In this document: positions 37,374-50,794 of the stretch, piece after piece
Layout of the letters: the number at the start of each line of letters is the position of its first letter
Position numbering within the stretch: position 1 is the stretch's first letter
Assembly: GCA_044892525.1 (NCBI GenBank)
Contig: CM097885.1
Location: 231,942,001 to 232,006,000 of the forward strand
Origin: Schmidtea polychroa
Taxonomy: Eukaryota
Length of the DNA: 64,000 nt
Reading direction: 5' to 3'
Program-made: the position numbers and the translations under genes
Notes under the pieces: model-generated
Database searches by the model: none
Told to the model about the DNA's origin: nothing
What the model saw: the letters and a program-made list of their open reading frames with translations, nothing else

Positions 37374-38739
37374 GAAACTTAATTATTTTAATTGTAAAAA
37401 TACAAAATGAACGCTTCAATAATTTAATTAATATTGATTTGTCATAAAGATATTTTGGTAAATATTCTTTAACAAATTTTTATTTTAAATTCAATTTTTT
37501 TCCTGATAAGTTAACTTGAAAATAATTATTTTATCAATCTCAATAAAAATTATTTATTTTTATTTCTCTCTTCCATTTTAAGTTAAATGAGAAAATTATT
37601 AAATTAGAATTTCTTGAAATGTTTATTGAAAAGTTAATTCAAAAATAAATTATTTTCATAAATGATATTGATAATGAATTTATATTATTTATTTATATCT
37701 TTGTAATTAAATAAATGCAACGAAAATGTGTAATTATTATAATTTTATATATTTATAAAACGAATGTTATAGTTTCGGCTGTTTTGTTACATGAAATATT
37801 TTTATTATTATTTAGAAAAAAATTATGTTTTAATAGCTCTTTTTTCAAATAGTATTATAATCATTAAGTAACATGTTCAATTGTTATAATTGTTTTTAGA
37901 AAACATGTTTTGTTTTTATGAATAAATGTTTTAATAAATGTCAAAATATTTGAATGCTAAATAATAATAAAATTAAAACAATTAATTAATTAAAATATTA
38001 AAAAATAGAATAATCTTTAACATTCAAATTTTCTAATGTTTTTGTATAAATAAAATGCATTAAATCCAATATTGCTGGTTCACGATTTTAACCAAATTGT
38101 TCAATCAATCTGATGTTCATCAATCTGAATTGGGATTTGGACTCTTTTAAATATTTAAACACCATTGACTATATTTTTAAATTCAGATACATTGCTCATA
38201 TTACTCTGATTTGATTGTACTTCAACGCTTTTTAGGAACTGAGGTCCCAGGTTTCCAGTGACATCATTGACGAGATTTTAAAACCGAATAAATTTGCATT
38301 TAAATTCATTGGCGTAACATCCTTATTATTAAGTATTATAATGATTCTTCTAATTTTCTAGCAAATGTGTAACGTTTATAACTTTATTGAACGTTTCAGA
38401 ATTTGTGATCATTTTTAGTCTTTCTCGTTGACTAATCAAATTACCTTAATTTCACCTATTTGAATATTTATATCCACTGAAGAGAAAAATAACAAAAGAA
38501 TTTACGTAACTTCAACTTATTCCACAGTTCAAATATTTTCAAAAATAGTAAGATTAATTTAACTTTTTAAACAAAGCTACAGCTTCCATATGTTGAAGCC
38601 ACACAAACACGAACATATAAACAAACAAATCCAGAAACTACACAATACACATTTCATTAAACAAAAACAGAATTGACTGTTATATTCGTTAATAAAGTTT
38701 TAACTTGGTATACAATGAAAGCACTATTTATACTGTTGT

Positions 38740-39351
38740 CCACTTGACCTCATTGAAACTTCACTTGTGTGAATGGTAGCGTTATCGTGTAGCTCTCTCA
38801 TCCTGCTTTTCCGTCAGATCTTGAGTGTTTCTTCAACAAGTTTGGAGTAGTAGGATCTGCTAAAACCACTTTCTGAAAAATCAACAAGAATAATGCCACT
38901 GTCATTCCAAAACAGTCTAAATTAGCGTCTTTAAGTGCCTTGATGATCTCATCTTCTTAAGACATACTTTTTGCGGTAATTTCCACCTTTAAGATTCTTG
39001 TTTAATATGTAAGAAGCGAGAGCAAAATTATAAGCCATTTTCACCAAGTAATGTATAAATAGTGTCGTTACTCACATTCAGAGGCGCATTGTCAGCTCTC
39101 TGGTTGTGATTTTCCTTTCAGTCTGATAAAATGGACTCAGGTTTTACGTTTTTGGGCTTCCTGGTTCTTTCATGATAAACTGAAGTTCTACTACTTTTGA
39201 AGTCATTGAACCAACGATAAATTGTTGTTTTTGAAAAGCACTCACCACCATAAACAGCTTTCAGTTCTGTAATGACTTCGCCTCATCTTGCCTTTTATAA
39301 AGAAAAAACGCGTGAATCACATTGTGAATCATATTTGAAGTTAACTTTCAT
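38740..39351 (-). pseudogene. mariner-family transposase remnant (possible element ends ~38475 and ~39418)
   Basis: ELKAVYGGECFSKTTIYRWFNDFKSSRTS..ITTREL..CFWNDSGIILVDF..LHDNATIHTS. Confidence 0.88.
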
Positions 39352-39584
39352 TTGGGTGTTGTATCCATAGATTATTTTCAGCGTTCAACGTTTGAAGTTA
39401 TTATATTCACCCAGTGTAAAGAAATGTTGATTTTGTATTTGTCAATGATTGATATGAATTTATTTATATAATCATGGGTTTGCAATTTTGATACCCAACG
39501 ACACTCGGAGTCAGAATTTCAATCAATTAGTAAATTTGTTCCCATTTTTGTTTGGTAACCCAACAAAATTGTTTTTGTGTATTA

Positions 39585-39760
39585 GAAGAACCTTTTTTCT
39601 TCCAATTTCACCACTGATTATTTTTGCCATTGAATTTATTAAAATGAAAGCTTGAAGACTACTTGAATTTCAATTGAAAAAGGCAGTGCCGAAAATTTGT
39701 GAGTATCAATAAACATCGATATATTACTGATTTATAGTCTTCAAGCTCTCTTTTTAATAT
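39585..39760. repeat. Foldback family copy with the spacer in the opposite orientation to 27560
   Basis: Same left flank, but the spacer reads gaaaaaggcagtgccgaaaatt, the reverse complement of the 27660-27690 spacer. Confidence 0.85.
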
Positions 39761-40183
39761 ATTTTTGTGTTATTTATAAAACCAAATAAATATTTAACAA
39801 ATATTTTCTATTTACATTTTATTGAATTATTTCATTCATTTAAGGTTTTTCTTTATATTTCAGAAGTACTTATAATTATTCCCGTATTAATTTCATTTTT
39901 AATTGACTTGAATTATGTCGCACCCAGAAAATGAAATATTACTTTAGAAAATCAGTAAGGATTCCCTTTGATTTCGTGTGGTAATGATGAATGTAATTTT
40001 CAATTATTTTCATGGTGTATTAATTATAATTATTCATGAAACGTTTAGAAAACTATGAATAAATAAAGTTTCAATCGAAATTTTTAAAAGTTAAAAATGT
40101 TTAAAAAAATAGGATAAAAAATAAATATTAGTCCTGCACATTCGGAAAAGGAAGTATTGTTCGTCCTGTGGGCATATTCATAT

Positions 40184-40469
40184 CAGTGTTTCTCAAACGG
40201 TGTGCCGCGAGACTTTTTTTCCCAAAAAAGTTGATAATAAAAGAAATTACAAAAACTATATCAAGCTTTTTATTTTGAAAAAGTCGCTTCTGTGGATCAA
40301 AATTACAAATAATTATTTTTATTACCTTATAAAAATCTCTTGTAATCATATTTAATTAGTATAGACTAAAAAGTACCTTTTTATATATCATTCGAAAGTC
40401 AAAAAATTTGTACAAATATTTGATTTTTGGGCAGGTGTGCCGCAAGCGAGAATAGTCTGGGAAACACTG
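40184..40469. mobile_element. hAT (Buster-like) MITE
   Basis: TIRs CAGTGTTTCTCAAAC / GTCTGGGAAACACTG; flanking TTCATAT duplicated (7 bp). Confidence 0.85.
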
Positions 40470-41117
40470 TTCATATTGAAGAAACAAAACAGTAATTGTA
40501 ATAAAAACTTTGGATCAGTCAGTAAAAAATTAAGAACTTTAATTTGATGTTTTGAATAATATTATTTTTTATATGTTTATCATTTATAAATGTAGCCATC
40601 TGTGTTTAAATAAATTGCATTATTGAATGTTTTGGATTAATTTCCAGATGCTTTTAATTTAAAGAAAAAATAATAAAATATATGAAGATTTAAGAAGAAT
40701 CAAATAATATTCGAAGAATTATCAGAACGTGTTTATAGTTATTATTGGGCTAATATATGGAATACCCCTCAACAAATTAAGGAATGTAATGAATAATAAA
40801 TCAAATATTATGTAAATATTATTCAAATATAATTTAGAAAAGTTGTTTTGTTAGTTACTTTAAGAACATTGAGCGTCAAGTATAAGACAGTTAATTTCAG
40901 TTATTTTAAACCGAAATCGTTAATTTTATATTTTATATTTTATTAATTTTATATTTGTTTTAATTGCCTTTTTTATTTCTGAATTTATATGCATGGTAAT
41001 TTTATTTTGGATTTTATCAATAAATTTGACAATAAACATGCATCTGAGATTGCCTATTTTTATTGATAACTATGTTTTGATTTTTTTGGTAAATGGACTA
41101 TGGCTACTTTTATAATA

Positions 41118-41203
41118 AACGGCGGAAGGCGGGTGCAATGCGTGTCCATCACGCAGGTGCTAAGCGGCTGAGCTTCGGGAAGGCCGTAAATTTTCCGCTG
41201 CTT
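41118..41203 (+). other. Isolated GC-rich segment able to fold as a three-way junction
   Basis: cggcggaa/ttccgctg closing helix, tgcgtg/cacgca hairpin, and a gcggct/ggccgt helix with a cTTCGg loop. Confidence 0.4.
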
Positions 41204-41399
41204 ATTTTTTATTTTCAAATTTTAGTATGATGAATCTTAGGAGAAAGCTCATTCAGTTTCAGTCCTTCAAATGCTACAGACTTCTGACTACAGTACATGA
41301 TATGCCAATTTTGTTAAGAGTAAGCACGATTTTGTTGTATATTAATATATTTTTATGATATTTATTTTGATTCATGAAGTATAAGGATGTAACATTGAA

Positions 41400-44300
41400 T
41401 AGGATCACCGTTTACTTCTACTTTTATTTTTTGATAAACGGGATCCCTTCCAACCCTACATCTTCCTTTTCCTGGCCATAGCCAATTATATACACAAGTT
41501 ATCAAAGTACCTTACCAGAGGTACCGATTATACTACGCCGTGTATACGAAGTAGTGCTACTGACATGTAAAGCAGAGACTTCGTGGTGGTCAACATAGAT
41601 AAAGACTCTGATGGTTGTTGTTTATGTTTCGCTCAATTATATTAAATAATAGACCACGGCTACAAAGAGCTTTTGGTTTGGATGTAGCTGAGGCTTCAAT
41701 TAACACTAAGGGTTCGCCACACTGAGTCTAGTAGGCTGATGCGACGAACAATTTTAATTATTAATCAAATATAGGACATGCAGAATACCACATACTTAAA
41801 ATCAACATTAAATTATTCATTATATAGGAAATTAAGGTTTCATTTCTAAGACGTCTAGTATGCTGAGAGAAACGAACAAATAATCTCCATAGACTTAAAA
41901 TTATGTACAGTACACTAGGGTTATTATAAATTTACAGTTAATTACTTACAAATTATTGTAACGTTGATAAAGTTTATTATTAAAAAAATTTTTATAAGAT
42001 TGATTAGGTCTTAGCAACTAGACCCTATCAAAGCATTTTTAAATTCAGTAATTATAAATTATTGTAAAGTTAAGGTTATCAGTAAATCGCTTTAACTAAA
42101 ATATAAGGGGGATCTCTGTCAAAAATTTCGAATACTTCTTAACAAAACTAGAAAAGTTGGCAGGTTAGAGTTAAAGTTTTATCCGTCCCATACATTCGAA
42201 TACTAATAGGGACTACTCATTTGGTTATTCGCATAAATCATTCATCTTCAGTATAACTACAGTGTATGAGAAGATCCTAAACGTCTTAGGTTAAGTACTA
42301 TAATCCTTTAAACCTGTATTACTGGTTATTATTAAGATTATAAAAGTCGCCTTGAGTGAATTTACAGAGGGAAAAAACTTTATTATTATAATCATCATTG
42401 ATCTATTAAGGGTTTAAAACTTGCCATAAATTAATTTACAAAAGGGAAAAGCTGATTTTATCTTAATGGTGGTCACTATTATTGTTATCATCTTATTAAA
42501 AGTTTATTGATTGCCCTAGATCAGTTCACCACGGGAAGAAAATTAATTGGAATCAAATTTAACAAGTAGAAGTTACACTGAATTGGAACTATTTAAAATT
42601 GAAATATTTATTCTTACTTGTGTGGCCTGACCCATTGACCGATGATCAAACCAGTTTGATGAATTTTGCCTAGTGAGGACGAGTTGGTAACCCATGAGAG
42701 ATATCGATTGAAGTTAATCATTAACCATGGATAACCACGGATAGTAAATAATTATCTTCTCCCTAAACCTACTTTCAATTGAATGAATTAGCTTACAGGT
42801 ATGAATGCGAATGGATGCGAATGGATGTGAATGGATGAGAACCAATTTTGAAACGAAAATTGTAACAATCGACACCGTGTTGAACACGCATAGGGGTACC
42901 CGTAGGACCTTTAACTTAATTGGACGATTTTAAAGGTTTTTTATGTTTTGTTCAGAACATGTCGAAAGGAGAAAGACAATATTCAATCAATATAGATGTG
43001 GAGGCCGGCCCATAATTGACAGGCCGCTATCAAACGTCCCAACGCGAATGAAAGACCGAACCAACCCATGTTGAGACAGTGAGAAGACTCAGATGGAGTG
43101 GTTCTTGACCATGGTCCACGACTGGAACCACGGATTCCGGATGGAACCAGCGTGAAACCAGCATTTAAAGCAGGACACTGCAGAAATCAAGCCAATGCTT
43201 GTGCTCAAACGGGAACAAACCCAAAACCCGACTCGTCTAGCGAGAACACAGCCGCTGAACAAAGTTAACAAGGCTTCGACGAGTCGAGAGAGACATCGAG
43301 GATGGCCTGATATATCAACGGGGAATTCCTCGGTACCCATAATGAGGGAATGGAGACGGGAAGTGGCAAGGCTCCAGCATCGAAGCGCGGTCGCCCATGA
43401 AAATAAAGGAAGGAACACTCTTTTCGAGTGATTTTGTTATAACAATTCATATTATTTGTGACACAGTTAATAAAGGTTGTAATTTTAATTTGGTAGATGT
43501 GACAAATGTAATAATTAATAAACTTGTGTATTAGACTTTGCCTTGACAACGTGCTGAATGGATGCTGGGATGAATGTCTGGAGTATAATGAATGTTAGAA
43601 TGAATAATGCAATGAATGACCAGAGCATAATGGTGCCAGATCCTAATAGATCCTAATGAGAAAAGGGTATACTATATAAATTAATAAAATAATATAATTC
43701 TGATTAGGGTTAGAAGATAGAGTTAAACAAGGGTACAGTCAGCGATGGGAAATAGTAGGAACATATGAGTTACTGGAAATAGGGCACCTTTTCTTTTAGC
43801 ATTTAATGATAAATAAATTTAGCACCGATTTAAAGCATTTTTCCTTTATTGATTCAAATAATGAAAAATATGAGGGCCGACAAAGAAACCACACTGAAAC
43901 AAGTAACGGAGTTACAGCGCCGGGTCATCAAATTCAAGGGACGGTGTAGGGAGGTGGAGAGCACCTAGTTTAGTTCTACAGAGATGCAGAAGCGATTAAA
44001 ATTAATATAACACTTGTAGCTCCAGAGTACACAGGATCAGGTCTAGCTGAAAGTGCTCCCACTTCAAGTACGACAGCTGGAAACTAAGATCAATCAAAAC
44101 ACAATAAAGCAAGAGCTGACCAGGCAAATCCAACCGGTTGAAGTAGAAATTAGCAGAGAAAGTCAAATGCGACAAACCTCTCAGAAAAAGAAACGCCCCG
44201 GGAAAGCCAAACGAGCACGGCTCAAGCATACAAGAAATTAATCGTGGTCAAAGAACAGACATAATGATTTTTGTATTAGACATTCATTTTCGTTTATTAA

Positions 44301-44400
44301 TAAGTGACAGAACAGACAGAGCTATATTTCAATGAACAGTTACTATTAAAGAAGGGATCCAAACAAAATATATACACATGCCTTCTTCCTGTAACCCAGC
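41400..44400 (+). other. Unassigned moderately GC-rich block, probably an accessory or non-core part of a large mobile element
   Basis: Stop-interrupted TM-rich frame (~42090-42520), disordered frame ending PASKRGRP (~43050-43400), coiled-coil/basic frame (~43870-44240) and GAATG repeats. Confidence 0.3.
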
Positions 44401-45141
44401 ACCGAGATTGAAAAAAATCCACTACCGAAAATAAATTGATACATAAATTTATTAAATAAAATACAAGTAAATTTTGTATTTTGTGATTTTAATTTATTAA
44501 GTATGTTGGAGTTATGTAGAATTATTGTGAGAGACAGAGATAATTATCTGCAGAGCAATTAAAATACAAAATTTAACACAAGAACTCGAATATATAATTA
44601 AAGTGCAAAATCAATTTACAATTACAAAAGATTTAAAATTTATATTTTCCGGGGGAACTAGTAAAGGTAGGTAGCAAATCGAAAGATGAATACGAATATA
44701 TTAGTTTATAAAATTAATGTGAGTCCTTCAGTATCAATATTTAAAAATACAAATTAATTAATTACTAGCATCAGTCTATAAGAAAAAGTAAATTCCTGAT
44801 CTTATAACATGCAAACCTAAAAATAAAAATAATTTTTGTTGGATATCTTCTTTTTATTTTCTTTTATTCATTGTTCTAATCCCAATGTTTGTATGTCCGT
44901 TATAGTAGGTAAGATTAACATCATTAATAACAACGAAAATTTATTGAAAACGACATTGCTGGCTGTGTTGTAATGATTGACGAATTGAATCTTTTCTGCA
45001 CTGTCAGCTTTTTGAACGAACATTATTTCTCTACTGTCTGCTTTTTGAAAATTACTTTTTCTCTTTCTTTTTTGCTTTTTGAAAAATGTATTCATCTTTT
45101 TTCTGGCTATTCAAACAAAATTAATATGTATATATATATAT

Positions 45142-45378
45142 CAGTGGTTCTCAACCTGCGTTCGGCGAAAAAATGACATTTTATCTTTAAATTTGCATTT
45201 AAGATACATATCATCAAAAACCTCAATTAATTTTTTTATAAGATGATTCAATAAGAAAGCTGTTACACAGATATATAAACATACAAATATTAAAGTGTTT
45301 TAATTTATTGTTATTGTTGCACGTGGTATTTTCTTTGCTTATAAGAAGGAATTGTTTACGTGTAGGACAGATTTATAG
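45142..45378 (+). mobile_element. Left part of the hAT MITE family seen at 9122-9350 (runs into a gap)
   Basis: Starts CAGTGGTTCTCAACC; shares ~115 bp with 9122-9240. Confidence 0.8.
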
Positions 45379-46740
45379 NNNNNNNNNNNNNNNNNNNNNN
45401 NNNNNNNNNNNNNNNNNNNNNNNNNNNNNNNNNNNNNNNNNNNNNNNNNNNNNNNNNNNNNNNNNNNNNNNNNNNNNNNNNNNNNNNNNNNNNNNNNNNN
45501 NNNNNNNNNNNNNNNNNNNNNNNNNNATAAAGCGTAGGCACTACATCCATTTTAAAGGTTATGATGATGACATAATAATGCGGTATATCATTATTTATTA
45601 ATAAATATATAAAAATTACAAAATCTTTTGGATTTATTTTTGAAACAATAACGATTGACTTTAATAGAAAATAATTCTTTTCCGATAGTCAACAAGCTCA
45701 TATTTCATTTCAATAAAACAAACATTTGATAAATTTCCAATAATATTCTAAATTGAATAATTAAACTTTAATTACTAAAATTACAACAAGTTTCCGTTAG
45801 GAAGCATAGAAAATATTTATTAAATTTCAATCAATATCCAATTTCAGACAATCGATCAGCAATTCCTTCTATTATGGAAAATTTATTCCTCGATGCCAAA
45901 TATGTTATCTTAAGTTTGTCCTTTTTTCTCTATTATATTTTCGTCATACTTCTGCTGAATTACATGTCAATAATTCATAGAAAATAAAAATCAAATCAAA
46001 TGGAATTTAATAAAACGAGTTCGGCTTTCAGAAAATGAATTTAAAAATAATGAAAAAAGAAGAAAATAATTTTTTTCTGAAACAGTCAATTAGAAATGTT
46101 TCTTTCAAATAAAATAATCGGAATTCTGTCGTTTTCTAAATAATGTTTAAATGAAAATTCTTTGTCAAGGATATCATAAAATATCCCATAATATTCCTAG
46201 ACGTAATCTGAGTTTTGCTTTTAACTGTTTGATAATAAGAGTATTTATTTTCTTAAGACTAGAGGTACTTATAACAGAAGAAAATAAAATTAAAACAAGT
46301 ACAATACCACAAATTATTACAATGGTATGGATTACAAACTAAAAATATTCTCTAATCAAAACAATTTAAAATAGGCTTTAAAATGGGACTTACATATCAA
46401 TTTATACACTATTTTTGTAAAGTCAAACGTAATTATATCTCACATGTCCGTATTGAGTTGGGACTTATTTTTATATGTTGTTTTGTCCTTTTACGTTAGG
46501 ACGTGCATTGCCTCTGATTATATATGTACACCATTTCTAAATTGGATATATTGGATATAATCCAAAAATTATATATTATATGTAACATATACACATTTGT
46601 GACATACAGTCAAAAGCACGTTAATAATTAAACACACCAGAATATAATTAATGCGTTCTTAAACTTTCAGTTAATTAATTTTCAACTTACTTTAAATTTG
46701 ACATTTTTCTTTTGTATATTGTTACTATCTAAGATTTCAA

Positions 46741-47620
46741 TTATAAAATTTTTTTCTTTTCCTTCATTGGTTGACATTGTTGGAGATATTTGTATACCGA
46801 GGATTTGCCAGCAAGATCTAGATGTTCTTTAACTCTGGAGCAATTTTTGAGTGTACTTTCAATGTACACTTTTTTGCATACATTCACGTGAAGCAGTAGA
46901 CAACGGTTTTTGAGAAGCATATTTCTTTGGTGTCTGGTAGTTTTCCATTGTGGTAATGTTTTCTTTTTGTGTTGTTTGCCAGAGATTCCATCAATGTCCA
47001 AGATTTATGTGTTATATGAATTGGAAGGCCAGTGCATTTAAGTTCTTTCAGGATCTTGAAGTCGCTAATGAATGGAATATTTAGATACAAATATTTCTTC
47101 TTTCTTTATCTTGTATCCCTAGATATTTTTGAGCTAGAATTCATTCTTTCAATGTCCTTATTGTGATATCCGTTTTTGTATGGGACCTTATTGACGTTAA
47201 ATTGCTGTTTATAGTTCTCCTTCTTTTCAGTACATTAATTGGCTATCATTTGTTTCTAGTTTTCTATAACATTTACTGTAAGTATAGAAGTGCTGATCTT
47301 TGGTGCATAATTATTTCTTTGCGAGCTTGTTTGTTGTAGAATTCGTAGGTTGGAGTATCTACTTCAATTTCAATTTTTAAATCCAGTAAGTTGAGGAATC
47401 CATCTTATTCCAGATATTCGATTTCAAACTTAATATCTTTATGAAACATATATGAAACATTTCTTGCGCTTCTTATCTGCTCTTTGTCGTGGTAAATATA
47501 TCATCTACATACCTTGCGTAGAAACTGATGGATTGTATGATCCTCAGCATTTGTCGTTTGAGGTTACCCATAAAATTGATTGTTAAAAATTGTGTAGGAT
47601 TATTAACTTGTCAACTAAAT
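46741..47620 (-). mobile_element. Second Penelope-like family fragment (RT C-terminus + GIY-YIG), decayed
   Basis: FNNQFY..KVDDIF..DIKFEIE..LNLLDLKI..YEFYNKQARK, then KTVVYCFT..YIESTLKN..RVKEH..SSVYKYLQQC. Confidence 0.85.
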
Positions 47621-50600
47621 CTAGCTTTGGATTCAGATCAATAATTGTAAATTTCGCATTTCAACGACGCCAAAGAAACGAAATATATTTCAAGGACAGT
47701 ATCATTATCATCACTCTGTCATTATAATATATCTTAACAGTTATATATGGAAACCATAATGATGTAATGGTTATAATTTAAGGAGTTATTGATATAATTT
47801 CAACAAATTCGATGCTGATTCAATGTTAACTATGGGGATTGTGATTTAAATATCAATACTTCACATAAAATTCATTCTCACTTATTATTAAATTTTTTAT
47901 TTAACATTTTTATTAAAAAATATTTTTCTTTATTCTCTAATTCATAATAAACAATATTATTATATTTATAATATCTGTGTCGTTATTTACTTCCGTTTTG
48001 CACCGGAATCTATTGTACTTATTATATTTTGATATACTTTCAACCAGGTGTTGATATCAACATCATTTCTCATTGTTCACATTGTTCTCATCAGATTTCT
48101 GAAATATCCATATAAAAGTTGTAACAATTAGCAATAGAAGCATTCAAGTTCAATTACAGTGAAACGTGAAATTATAAAAAAAGTAGGGATAAAGTATTTT
48201 AAAAAATCATAAATATATTGCTGACATTGATAAAATCTGAGTAATTTGGTTTTTGTAGTCCCAAGTAAAGGTTTGGCAAAATTCCATTTCATTTATACAA
48301 GTAATGAAAGTACGTTCACTTTAGCATTTACTTTAATTTATTCTAGACAATTCAGGAAATACACTCTATATGTTTTAATAAATTATCTCTAATTCTAATT
48401 ATGATGAACATTTCCTCAGTTAATTATTGGAAATTTCGTTGACTTTGAAAAAAAAAATAACACTAATAAATTTTATAAATCTGTCTAGATTTTTGAATGA
48501 ACTGTAATTGTTTTTTTTTCATTAAATTTTACTTTTAATAATTTTATAATTTTAATCTTACGACATAATTTAAACAATTCATTAGGTATTCATTAGCCTA
48601 AGAAACTTGGTTTATCAATGAATAGAATAAAAATATTGAAAATTTAATTGAAAATGTATAAATTATATATTTTTTGAATTTTATATTTAAATTATCGATT
48701 TTTATGTTTTCGATATTTTGAGAAATTCAGTCAAAATAAAAAATAAATTTAAACATTAACGAAATTTCGATTGAGAAAAAATTGAACTATAAATGTGTCG
48801 AAAATTTACAATTGAAAACATTATATTTCATTTTTTACAATATTTCCTATTTATTTATTTTCTTGAGATAAATTCATTTAAAATCTTTTTATTTAGGCGA
48901 CACAAATATTCTAGTAATATGAATAACTGGTTCTTTGTAAATTTGGATAATCTGATTTACTAAAAATCAGAAATGTATAAAAAGTCAAACTTCTTCTCAT
49001 AACTCCATTTCACATTCACTAATAAATCGCAGAAGTTGAAATGGGAAAATAATGCTGGAAATAGGTTTGTAAAGTACTGCAAATGTCATTTAAAATATTT
49101 TTTTTAGAAACATGGAATAGTTTTTCTTTTCTATTTATTGGTTTATCATTTTAATACCTCTGAGTATTTCTTTTGAATACATTTCTTTTGAGCATTTCTT
49201 TTATTTAATGTCAAAATATCTATCAAGTAATATAATTTTAATATAACATTTATATTTAGGATTATTCTATCAAAGATAATAATTAAAACAATGTTNNNNN
49301 NNNNNNNNNNNNNNNNNNNNNNNNNNNNNNNNNNNNNNNNNNNNNNNNNNNNNNNNNNNNNNNNNNNNNNNNNNNNNNNNNNNNNNNNNNNNNNNNNNNN
49401 NNNNNNNNNNNNNNNNNNNNNNNNNNNNNNNNNNNNNNNNNNNNNNNNNNNNNNTTATATCTTTCTATTTTATAACTTTTTATTTCTATTCATTAATAAA
49501 TTTTCAATTAAAGAAAGAGCATTAGATCATAGAAATTCTATTTAGTTAATTACATTTAGTGTCTAAATATTTTTTACAATAGAAAAATAATATTGAAAAA
49601 AAATCAGCTTGGAAAAACACAGTAAATTCATTATAAAAAAACAGAAAATTCATTGATTCATTTATATTCAAATGGCACATTAAATATTGACCAATGAAGT
49701 TTAAAGATATAAATGAAATAAATTATTTCAGAACTTTCACAAACGACTTTGAATTTGTAATTGTTTAATGGATGCAATTTTTTTGCAATAATATAAATAA
49801 AATTCTGACTAAAAATATTAGTAGTCTATTTAAACAAATTTTAACTTTGCTCAATTTTTAATTATTTAATTAATTCCATAATTCGTTTAAAATTATAAAA
49901 TAACTTCTAAAATATTTTCATAAACTAATTATTAATTATAAATAACAATAATTATTATTATTAATACTCTTAAATTTTAATTTTTGTATTGTTTTTTGAA
50001 AATAATTAATCTTACTTGTAGTTAATGTGAGAGGACATTTGTTTGTAGTGAATTAAAATGTCCAGTAATTATTAATTATCCCCAGAGTATGTATAAAAGG
50101 TTTTATTTATTTTATTTGTTTTATCTAGAATTTAGTCAATGAGATTCTAATTTAAAATCCAATTTATAAACGACTTTACATAACAGGTAATATTGAATTA
50201 TTTATTTTCACANNNNNNNNNNNNNNNNNNNNNNNNNNNNNNNNNNNNNNNNNNNNNNNNNNNNNNNNNNNNNNNNNNNNNNNNNNNNNNNNNNNNNNNN
50301 NNNNNNNNNNNNNNNNNNNNNNNNNNNNNNNNNNNNNNNNNNNNNNNNNNNNNNNNNNNNNNNNNNNNNNNNNAGACGAAACGTAAATTATGACCAACAT
50401 GTGTTCAAAGTAAAATTTTCTTAAATTTTGGTAAAAGTAAGATTTTCGACTCAACTTTTGCATCACAGTTAACAGTGATTTTAATAGAGTAAGAAGATTA
50501 AGAGCTTAAAGACTGTAAGGAGTTAAAATTAAAATGTTAAATTAAAATTATTTCATGATTAAATTTTGTAAAATTAAAAGTGAAACTTAAATTATTTGAA

Positions 50601-50794
50601 ATATATTAGAATTAAAATTGCAATTTAAATATGAATGTGGTATGTTGATATTTTGTTGAAATTAATATTTATAAAAAGAAAATGTTCCAAGAATATTGGT
50701 TTATATAAGCAGATTAAATGAAATATAATTTTGGATTTATTTAATCATAGTAATTTATTTGATGACAGAAGAATTGAATGTTATAGCTTCTAAC

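Noticed and set aside
46480-46520. Hammerhead relic downstream of the second PLE family (gtcc..ggac-aaaac)
   Set aside because: Both core segments are absent or mutated.
48087-48094. CTGATGAG hammerhead core (minus strand)
   Set aside because: No complementary stem II before the next GAAA.
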